NCBI RefSeq assembly: GCF_009914755.1
Contig: NC_060927.1
DNA length: 64,000 nucleotides
Source of the DNA: the human T2T-CHM13v2.0 reference genome, Homo sapiens
Direction: 5' to 3' (one strand)
Positions within the stretch are counted from its first letter, which is position 1. Every line of letters begins with the position of its first letter. The translations under genes and the position numbers were made by a program. Of the stretch, positions 53,001 to 64,000 are shown piece after piece. The notes beneath the pieces were generated by a model. That model did not search any database and was not told the DNA's origin. It worked only from the letters and a program-made list of their open reading frames with translations.

Positions 53001-54386
53001 CAGCATGGTACTGGTATAAAAATAGGCATATAGATCAATGGAACAGAATAGAGAACACAGAAATAAAGCCAAATACATACAGCCAACTGATCCTCAACAA
53101 AGCAAACAAAAACATAATGTGGGGAAAAGACACCCTATTTAACAAATAGTGCTGGGATAATTGGCAAGCCACATGTAGAAGAATGAAACTGGATCCTCAA
53201 CTCTCATTGTATACAAAAATTAACCAAGATGGATCAATGACTTAAATCTAATACCTGAAACCATAAAACTTCTAGAAGATAACATCAGAAAAACTCTTCT
53301 AGACATTGGCTTAGGCAAAGAGTTCATGACCAATAACCCAAAAGCAAATGCAACAGAAACAAAGATAAATACATGGGACCTAATTAAACTAGAAAGCTTC
53401 TGCACAGTTAAAGAAATAATCAGCTGAGTAAACAGACAACCCAGAGTAGGAGAAAATATTCACAAACTATGCATCTGACAAAGGACTAGTATCCAGAATC
53501 TACAAGGAACTCATACAAATCAAGAAAAAAACAAATAATCCCATCAAAAAGTGGGCAAAGGACATGAATAGACAATTTTCAATAGAAGTTATACAAATGG
53601 CTAACAAACATATGAAACAATGCTCCACATCATCAATTATCAAGGAAATGCAAATCAAAACGACAATGTGATACCAGCTTACTCCTGCAAGAATGGCCAT
53701 AATTTAAAAAATCAAAAAATAATAGATGTTGGTATGCATGTGGTGAAAAGGAAATACTTTTACACTGCTGGTGGGAATGTAAACTAGTACAACCACTATG
53801 GAAAACAGTATGGAGATTTCTTAAAGAACTAAAAGTACATCTACCATTTGATTCAGCAATCCCACTAGTGGTTATCTACCCAGAGGAAAATAAGTCATTA
53901 TATAAAAAACACACTTGCACACACATGTTTATAGCAGCACAATTTGCAATGGAAAAAGTATGGAACCAGTCTAAATGCCCATCAACCAACTAGTGGACAA
54001 AGAAAATGTGGATATATATACCATGGAATACTACTCAGCCATAAAAAGGAGTGAAATAACGGCAATCACAGCAACCTGGATGGAGTTGGAGACCATTATT
54101 CTAAGTGAAGTAACTCAGAAGTGGAAAACCATACATCGTATATTCTCATTTACAAGTTGCAGCTAAACTATGAGGAGGCAAAAGCATGAGAATGATGTAA
54201 TGGACTTTGAAGTCTTGTGGGGAAAGGTGGGAGAGGGGTGAGGGATAAAAGACTGCACACTGGGTACAGTGTACAATGCTTGGGTAATGGGTGCACCAAA
54301 ATCTCAGAAGTCACCACTATGCAACTTACCCATGTAAGCAAAAACCACCTGTTCCCCAAAAAGTATTGAATTTTTTAAAAAATAAA
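50057..54386 (+). mobile_element. L1PB-type LINE, 5'-truncated (ORF1 end, disrupted ORF2, 3' UTR)
   Basis: ORF2 peptides are present ([68 protein letters not shown]) but broken by stops and frameshifts. L1PB-type 3' end. Confidence 0.93.
51485..51539. mobile_element. MADE1 mariner MITE (internally deleted) inside L1 ORF2
   Basis: TAGGTTGGCACAAAAGT...GGCAAAAACCGCAATTACTTTTGCACCAACCTAA flanked by TA. Confidence 0.88.
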
Positions 54387-56161
54387 GTTCATTAGTGAAA
54401 GAATCTCAGTGCTCATTTAAAAAGTCCTCTGTAAGCATGGCTCCTCAGTGTCGTCCCTCCCTATGTGCCTGGTCATACAGGACTGCTTGATGGTGGGGTT
54501 CAGGGGGAGGGCCCCTCTTCCATTCTTAGGCTGTGCAGGAGAAACACCACAGTTGTCACCTATAGAGAAGTTCCCAAAAGTTGTGGGAGAGGTGAAGGGC
54601 AACAGTAACCTTTTGACATTGTTAGATATTTGGAGTTGGGAAATATCTGAAAGGAGTGACTGAAAGGAAGCTGAGAAGTCACAGAAACCCACTTTCTTTT
54701 TCATCTGGGGAAACTAAACAGACAGAGGAAGGAAACTGTTCAAATCTCTACTCTTTGAGAATATTAAGGTGACCTTTAATAATTATCACTGAATGGATGG
54801 GAAAGTGTGGAAAACTTGGCCTATCATTTCCTTAAACACAACTCCTTATTTATTTTTAGGTCCGTTTATCACTAAAAAGTAGGACAATTTGATGGTAACT
54901 AAAAAATGTTTCTAAATAAGTGGCCATTTTGAAAGCAGTACTAACATTTTTACATAGCTCTGTAGTTAAAAGAAACCCTCATTTTTATAGCCTGGTCTTC
55001 TTTTCAATTGTATTCTGGAGGTAGAGATCGTTGTTTCTACTGTAGAAAGATAAAAACCAATCTCAGCCCTTTTTCAGGGTGGCACTGAAGACTCAAATTG
55101 GGAATTCTTATCTCTTTTTGCCTATTCCCTCATGCTTCCCATTTTGTTCACATGAGATTGAGAAACATCAATTTTGAAGAATGCGTTCAATGCCTGCAAT
55201 GTTTCCAAACCCCGACTTCGCTTCACAATGGCAGAGCTTTTCGCTGGCCCAGCTCGAATTCTAGACTTTGGATTTAGATCCCCCTCCTTGTCTGGTTGCA
55301 ATGGAGTCTCTTTAATTAGATGGGCCAGAAAATACTACCCGACATCTTCAAATATTAATAACTTCATTTGTTTCCAAAACTCAGAGAGGGTGTCATAAAA
55401 ATTAATGCGTGTGCTGGTGAAAATCAATTGCCTTCTGCTTTCTGGAATCATTGTGTAGGAAATTATGGGGAATTATGTGGACTTTTTTTTTTTGCCTCTG
55501 GGGCAATACATTTTTAACTAAAGGGTATGATTTGATTATATTTGTGATGCACAAAATGGAGACTTGGTGAAAATCCTTCAGTCCTTTGTTTATAGAAGGA
55601 TAAAGTTTGGCGAGATATAATACCAAGAATGAAAACCCAAGGAAATTACATCAATCAAATGTTTCTCATGACTTTGTCTTGAGTATCTGACATTTTCTTC
55701 AGTCCTTGTATTTTTGCAATTGAAGCTAGGCTAAAGTTGATTCTCAATGAGCTAGGTACACAGAACCAGACTTGAAGAAAAAGACAGATTTATAGTGGGT
55801 GTCACAATCCAGTTAGTGGAAGAGGTTGTTGGTTTGTAACCCATAATTCTTGTTGTACTACATTACCTACCTTTTCCACTTACTCTTAGAAAACAAAACT
55901 TACATGGGGGTAAAATTTAGCAATGTATTCATTTGTTCTTATATTTTCAAAATTAAGATATTTTTATTATTTTTAGTTAAGACTTAGATCTTTTTTTTAC
56001 TCTGACCCTACCGTCATGTAACATTCAGTAGTGTCACGTGGCATAAGATAGGCTGAAGGCATTTTTGGGGTCCAGCCATGAGGAAGCTGGAATGGGAATA
56101 CACTTAGGTCTGGATTTAGTAGAATAGATGTTATGTATTTCACATATCTGAACATGAGTAA

Positions 56162-56620
<459 letters not shown>

Positions 56621-56741
56621 TAAATCAAGTGAGGATTTACTGACTCTAGATTTGGACATACACAAAGGATGCCTTGTTTTGTCCCTTCAAAATTATCAAA
56701 GAAGGAAAAATCAGATAAAAATTAGTGGATATTTATTGCAC

Positions 56742-57884
56742 TCTAAATCGAAAAGTATCTGAGACAGGGCTCAATCAATTTAGAAGTTTATTTTGCTAAG
56801 GTTAAGGACAATCCCTGGGAGAAAAAACACAGACTCAGAAACAGTCTGTGGTCTGTGTGTTACAAGGAAGTGTGCGGTCCTCAGTTCTTAGTTTTCTCGG
56901 AGGAAAGAATTTGGCCAAGAGACCAATTAGTAAAGTAGGCAAAAGATTTATTAATGGGAGAGAAATAATACACTCCAAGAGAGAAGTTGGGCTAAGCTGG
57001 CTGGGAGCAGCTCTGAGAGTTCTGCCTTGCGGTTTTTACTATGCTGGACTATTTCTTTAAGTTCCAGCTTTTGTCTTAAGTCTCCACCTTTGTCCCCATA
57101 TAGTTCCCTCCCAGGCTTGTGGGATTCTCCCTTGCTGTCCATTGACGTTCATGTGCAGGCATGGGATCAATACAACTCCCATCTAATTGTGGTGTTGCTC
57201 ATTCGTGCCACCCCAAGAAGGTTGTATAGCGGTTAAATCTGTACTTATTGTACCTGTGTACCTCTTAGGACTTTTGCCTTTGTCCTTCTTCCCTTCTTAC
57301 CAGCATGTAGCTAGCTATGTTCTCACAGCTTAACCACAGAAAGAGTGATTACTGGGCATCTTAAGGCGGGTCCTGGGGAGTTCCTTTCCGCACAGAATCT
57401 CCCCTCCTCTCTGCTCATATTTAGCATGTAGGTTTTGGGTGGTCTCTGGGGCATGAGATTTTGCAGAGCTTCCTCCCCCTGGGGCTTCCTCTCCTGCTCA
57501 TGTCTAATTATCTGCCTACTCTAACATGTGCCTTCCTTCAAAGATGATTTTGAGGGCTTCAAATTTAAAGGGGAAAAGCAGGCTGGAGGGGAAAGAGGGA
57601 GCATATGGTCACATTACTGAATCTACATATTGCAAGGAAACAGGAGCAGGTATGTGAGTAGTCAATTATGTATTTGTCTCCTCAGTAATTGGCACTACAT
57701 ATAAGATAAGGTGAACATAGAGTAGCTACCTGTGGCAGTATTTGGCCTTTTATCTGGAGCTATCTGCTTAGGGACAAAAGGACAGATAGCTTCTTGCGTG
57801 ACTCAGCTTTCAGCTTATTATTTTTTTTTTTGTTTTTCTTTTGGCATCATGAATGGGGTCCCAAGTTTTAATTCTCCTTTCACA
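56742..57884 (-). mobile_element. MER4-type LTR split by a nested LTR
   Basis: AAAAGTATCTGAGACAGGGCTCAATCAATTTAGAAGTTTATTTTGC...TCCTTTCACA; flanks GCAC/GCAT. Confidence 0.8.
56858..57526 (-). mobile_element. ERV1 solo LTR (MER50/MER83-like) nested in MER4
   Basis: TG...CA termini (TGTTAC...CTAACA); perfect 4-bp TSD TGTG (56854-56857 and 57527-57530). Confidence 0.8.
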
Positions 57885-58471
57885 GCATAATTTTTTTTTC
57901 AATTTTTTATACATTTGAACATTTTTGTAATAAAAGTTAGAAACTGTTTACAATGAATGAAACATGAAACAATAATGATCAAGATGAGCAAAGAAATTGA
58001 CAGAAGTTTTCTGATATTGAGAAGCAAATTGTAACAAAAACAAAAATTACCAAACGAAGTAATTCATTAAAAGGAAAAGATAACTTTCACACGGCAATAA
58101 AGACTAGGCTCTTGGGTGGCTTGATACTCCAATTAATGAGTCAAGTGAATCATATAGTACATTGAAAAATTTGAAGATATTCTGTAGATTTGACTTAGAA
58201 TGCTAATAGCAATGAAGATAATATAAAACCAATCATTTGCCACTGGAAAAAGGGTGTTTTTGACAAACTTATTTTTTAAAAAAATGCTAAGAAACTTGTT
58301 ACTCCTTAATTCAAAGAGTATTCAAGATAAGTCACGATACAAAGAAACCTGAAGACATACTGTTTCCATATGAAAGCAACTCAATAAAGCTTTTCCCTAA
58401 TTGGACAATAATCCTAACATTTTGCATGGCATAATTAATAAAGAGTTATAAAGCTGAAAGGAATTTATCTA

Positions 58472-58914
58472 TGTTGCAGATGAGTGATGACTACCTGGGC
58501 TGATAATGCAGGGGTAAGAGAATTTACCAAGACAGTAGTAGGTAGAGAAAGGCAGATTCATTAGAGAAAGTAGGAAAATACGTTGCAAGGAGGCAAAGGA
58601 CAGCCAGCAAGAGAGGAGTTGATTGCAAGGAAAAGCTGATTGCTTGAGATTTTATGTAAGGATAGTTCTTGGGCTGATTGATAATACCAAGGTAGCAGGG
58701 AGCTTAACTTGCATTCTTCTGTTAGTCTAGGTGTTTGATAAATTGAGGCATTTGACGATAGGCAGGAGATGTGTGAATTATGTATGTTATTTGCACAGGA
58801 GGGCTGTATGTTCTGGGCCATAAAGAAAGGCAGACCTACAACTTACCTGCTTTATCTCTTTGCTTTCCCCTGGTCCCACCAGCTTGACTCCTTTTCACTA
58901 ATTAGGAAGCCGCA
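58472..58914 (-). mobile_element. Solo LTR, probably ERVL class; family not identified
   Basis: TG...CA termini; perfect 5-bp TSD ATCTA (58467-58471 and 58915-58919). Confidence 0.75.
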
Positions 58915-58986
58915 ATCTAAACTATTAATACTTTTTTTAAAAAAATTGACTAACCGTGATAGAAGAAAAGTATGTCTTTGTTCTTT

Positions 58987-59296
<310 letters not shown>

Positions 59297-59837
59297 TATA
59301 TCTTTGTTCTTTACAGAAAATAACATCACAAAATTTTTTTAAAAATCGATCAAATTATAGTGTATACAGTATTACAGTATGTCAGGCTATGTGACATTTT
59401 TGAATTTTGTTATAGTTGTTGTATCTGGCCGCATTCTTAAATTTGCAATTTATTGTGATTTCTTTTCTCATTCTAATAAACATTCATTTTCACCCCAACT
59501 TTGTATTTTTGTACTCTTAAAGGGCCCAATCATATTTTATAGGTTTCAGACCCCACCAAACCTGTGACGAAGAGAGAAAGAGCCTGGTGTGGAGTTGCTG
59601 GAAGAGAGGATGATATTAACTGGGACCCGAAGTATAGGCACAAGTTGTGGGGTGAAGTAAAAGAGCATGCAGATAGGTGGCCAGTAGCACTAAACTAAAT
59701 TCTGGCTCAGCTGGGTTACCTCTGTAAAGAGACAGGAGGTTGAGCAGTGGACTGGATGGTTTCCAAAGGTTCTTAGTAACAATGACGATAATAATTTTTA
59801 CCACTACTGAGCACTTATTACATGTCATGCATTGTGT

Positions 59838-60058
59838 CAGAGGTCAGCAAACTATAGCCCACGGACCAAGTCTATCCTCTTCTGTTTTTGTAAATCAAGT
59901 TTTACTGGAACACATCTGTAACTATTCATTTAGGTATTATCTATGACCACCTTTGTGCTATGATGGCAGAGTTAAGTAACTGTGACAGAGACCATGTGAC
60001 TTGTATAGTCTAAAATATTTACTATTTGGCTCTTATAGAAAATGTTTTCTGGCCCCTG
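59838..60058. mobile_element. MER58A-like hAT DNA transposon
   Basis: CAGAGGTCAGCAAACTATAGCCC...AAAATATTTACTATTTGGC...CCCCTG. Confidence 0.75.
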
Positions 60059-60079
60059 GACTCTGTGGTCATTATTTCT

Positions 60080-60606
60080 GGGGCAGATTGCATTTTCCAA
60101 ATATGTCCATATAGTGTCTCCCAACCCATATGCTCTTGTAAAAATGTGAACTTGTTTCACATCATCAAGAGGTGAAGTCAGCTTCTGTCTGGGTGGGCCC
60201 TGTGACTGCTTTGACCAATAACATAGAAGTGAAGTTGGACCATTGTTTAGCTCACAGCAACTTCTGCTTCCTGCCCATAGGAAGCCAGCTGCCAGTTAAG
60301 AAATACAAGTATCTGAGACCACCATGCTGTGAAAAGCCCAAATCCCACAGAAAGGCCCTAGCATGAGATGCCATGTGGAGAAAGAGCACAAGGGTCATGA
60401 AGGAGCCCCACAGGAGTAAGGAAAATATCTTGGAAGTAGATCCAAGCACACACTGCCCCAGCTGACACCCTGTGGATCACACACAGATTGTCCAAACAAG
60501 CCCGTCCTAAGTTCATGACCCACAGAATCATTAGATGTAATAAAATGTTTGTTTTTATCCATTGAGTTGGGGTTCGTTTGTCAAACAGCAATAGCTAATT
60601 GGAATG
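60080..60606 (+). mobile_element. MLT1G/H-like MaLR LTR
   Basis: CTGTGACTGCTTTGACCAATA...TGACCCACAGAATCAT...GCAATAGCTAATTGGAA. Confidence 0.65.
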
Positions 60607-61039
60607 ATCTTATATAATCCTCATAACTGGCCCAGTACAGATGAATTATTAGTCTCAATTTATGAGTGAAAGAGCCAAAAGTTGGAGAACTCAAATTATA
60701 TGCCCCACATCACACAGTTGGTAAATGACAAAGCCAGAGTTCAAACCAAAGTTTATCAGGCTCTGAAGCCCTGGTACTTTATGCGCCTTCCTGTATTGAC
60801 ATTCTGTGTGCTGAAAGCTGACAAAGCTAAGAGACGATTGGTCAAGCAGGAGGCCCCTGAGAAGGTCATATTCCCAGACATATTGGGAATTGGGCTCAAG
60901 TTGAATTCTGAGCATTCAACTTCTGCAGAGTAGAGCAGTTAATAATATGCCAAACATTGGTTCCTTGGCAATTATCATAACTGTGTTTCTTTTCCATCCA
61001 CAATATGTTTTTATTTGCCTCCAAGGCACAATTGTTTTT

Positions 61040-61470
61040 TAAAATGCTTTCTTTTAAAATCAGCTTTATTGAGATATAAAACATGTAACATAGAATCCAC
61101 CCATCCTAAGTGCACAGTTGAGTTATTTCTAGTAAATTTACACAGTTGTACAGTCATCACCACAATCCACTTTAGAACATTTCTATCATCCAAAAGGTCC
61201 CTCATAACAACTTGTGATCAATTCCCATTCCCACAGCTAACCCCCAGCCACCACTGATCTGCTTTCTGTCTCTATAGGTTTGCCTTTTCTGAAAAGGCTG
61301 TATCAATGGAAGTATACAATGTGTGGTTTGCTGTGTCTGGTTTCTTTCACTTATCATTTATCAGTAATTTGTTTCTTTCAATTGCTGAAGAGTATTCTGT
61401 TGTATGCATATGATATGCTTGTTTTTACATTCACCAGTTGGTGGACATATGGATTGGTTCCATTCTGGGA
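61040..61470 (-). mobile_element. L1MB/MC 3' fragment
   Basis: CAGCTTTATTGAGATATAA...CATCACCACAATCCACTTTAGAACATTT. Confidence 0.75.
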
Positions 61471-64000
61471 CTGCATCAGTGGCAGCATTTAAACAGTGTT
61501 TGATTGCTTAGAAAGACTGACAGGACCCAAAGTGACAATGCTTATAAAGGAGACAAGAACATAGCAATGTTATTCAATTAAGAACCTCAGGCACTTCCTA
61601 TCACATTCTCCACAGTCAAGAAGGTTGACCAAGATTTGTGAAGAGTTAGGGGAATCCAAATTGATTATTTTGGGCCCAGGGAATCTCCATCCTTCAATGG
61701 CTTGTTCTCTACACTCTCAAATCTAATCTTGAGTTTTCTTGGATCCACCTCTCATTTTAGATGGCTACTGCTTATGAATAATACAATGTAGAACATTGGC
61801 TTTACTTGACAATTCAGTTTAATTATTGAATTTTTAAAAAGGGGTATTCTCAAACCCTCAGAATCATGGATGGCACTACAAATAGATTAGTTCATGATTA
61901 TGATAGTTGTTGCTAAAATGGTAACACAGTGATGTCCTTGAATGAAATATGCAGATAAATCCACTGTTACTTGATTATGGAATTGATCCTTTTTAACAAT
62001 AAAATGGGAGCAGACAAATCTTTAAAGTATCTGAAAAAAATGTTTTAAAATGAGCTGGATTTTCTCAGGATAAACCAAAAGTTTACCTTCTGATCTTGAG
62101 TAATTATGTCTGTCTCATCCAGTAGCTTCTATTCTCCTGAAAGGCAGGAATTGTCTCACTTTTGTTTGAATTTCCTTTATGGCTAGTACAGTGCCTGGCA
62201 TACAATAAGCACTCAGAAAATATTTTTGCTGACTTAAAGTGTCATCACAAGCTGCTTTTTACATATGCCAGTTCCTTTACTCCTTGGGATGATTTTGCAA
62301 AGCGTTACTACTCTAGTTTTCACAGAGGAAGGAACTAACCCTAAGGGAGGGTAAGTGATTTGCCCAAGATAGTACCACTAGTAAAAGGCAAAGTTAGGAT
62401 TCAGTCCTGTCCTGATTTCTATAGGGTCCTTCCTTATAGACAGGGAAACAGGACACAAAATAATCTAAAACAAGGCATTTCTTTGCCATCTTGCTGTTGT
62501 GGATTTCATGCTTTTCTCTCCTTTTTACACCATTGACTTATCATATTATGCTCTTCAATTACATATGTCAGTTTCCTCCCACAATGGCTCTGCAGTCAGC
62601 GCTGTAATTGCTCCTTATGGAACCTGAGCCCACATGCCTACAATTTCCCCATCAACTCAGCAGCTCCTACTGCCTCCAAAGGACCATGGCTAATACAGCC
62701 TACAAATGTATATGCACCTGTGATTACTGCCATTTTCCACTCAGTTATCATTAAGAAGCACTACTCTAGAGTGCCTTTTAAATATTGTGTATTGGCAACA
62801 CTCTGATGTGGGTAGGTGGCTAAGAACCATTATCCTCCAAGTTATTATTGAAAAGTGGTACCCTTAAGGTGGGAGCTGACATGTTCGCTCACACGATTGA
62901 GGGAGGATGCAAAGTTCTTCTAGAATTAAGGTCCATTCCCTGCTGTTAAGTTGAGGGCACAAGGCTCTTTCCTAAGTAATTAATTAAGCATCCACTTAAG
63001 GGGGAGGGGAGGGAAACTTCAGCTAAAAAGCTACTAGAGTTTGTGTTGTACAAGAAAAAAGTGGTTGAGAAATAAAGGATTTCCCCAATTTCTTAGGTAT
63101 AGAAATCCCTAAAATACATTTCAAAATAAACTCAAGCAGGTCATGGAACCTGAGAACCTGAGAACTAAAAGGACTTTGAACATATGAGGAAACTGGAGTC
63201 TATGCAGGGAGCAGGGCTTGGCCAAGTGGGTAGCCAAGAATGAGATTTTAAGACCTCCCGACATGGGCCCTCTTCACCATTGTTCAACTGAAGGTTGAGG
63301 CGGGACAGTGATGCCACTTCTACCTTCCATCCCTGGGAGCTTCTTTCAGGAGCAGTAACAGAAACACCAGGTCTCTGGGACAGTGGCTCCTGCCATCGGA
63401 AGAACATTATTTCTAGGACACCCAGAGCTCAGTCTAGAAACTCTGGTCAAGAAAGCCAAACATTGCTGAAGAGATTTAAAATGAAAAGCATAAAAGTGCT
63501 AGTACATGTGCCTGAGATAAAGCCCCCTCTCCACCTCAGGGCTGAGAGAAGCTGGTAAAAATGCTGATTCTAGAGACCTGAGACACTTCTAGGAGAGATT
63601 AAGGGATCAAGTGCAAGGATTTTCCCAATGAACCTGAAGCCCAGGGTAACTGATCATTGTCATAAAAGAAGGGACTCCCTTTCCTCAGGGTTAACCAAAA
63701 GTAGGGAGCTGCAGGAAAGGCTGAAAAGAGGTCCAGAAGGGCTGCCTCGAGGCAGGGACATCATGGAGAGCCACAGTCTGAGGAACTTGACTGGCATCCA
63801 ACAAAGACAAGGCCTAGCTGAAGCAACCACCGCATAAAAACACCAATGAAATAGCCGTCGCAACTAAACTTATTGGGCACATATCATGGGCCCAGCACTT
63901 TTTAAAGCACTCTGTATACATGATCTCATTTGATCCTCATAACAGTCTCTGTAATTCTAATAAGAATTAGAGAATGTGGTAGGGCCACTTTCAAAAGTTC

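Noticed and set aside
50057-54386. Active L1
   Set aside because: 5'-truncated, with many stops and frameshifts and a MADE1 insertion in ORF2.
63295-63837. ORFs of 87 and 69 aa near the window end
   Set aside because: No recognisable domain; lengths are within chance expectation.

Overview
Primate, most likely human, genomic DNA with a high repeat content. One protein-coding gene is supported: the two-exon interferon-stimulated gene RTP4 on the + strand. Its CDS is 31853-32007 joined to 34193-34778 (246 aa; 3CxxC zinc finger, C-terminal TM helix), with a tandem ISRE cluster at its 5' end. A solo LTR12C (ERV9) with a perfect 4-bp TSD sits antisense about 200 bp upstream of the ISREs. An MLT1D LTR lies just past the proximal poly(A) signals. 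The rest is Alu, L1, L2/MIR, ERV LTRs, an ERVL pol remnant and DNA transposons, several of them nested. The most interesting unexplained signals cluster around RTP4. They are: textbook 3' splice sites and an in-frame 34-codon uORF upstream of the ISREs; + strand donors supplied by the antisense LTR12C; a cryptic acceptor that would truncate RTP4; and His at codon 109 where I recall Asp in the reference. Other oddities are a G32 run, a (TG)18(CG)9 tract and a perfect 64-bp tandem duplication. Repeat subfamily names come from recalled consensus sequences, not from a search. No wholly new system can be demonstrated from sequence alone.
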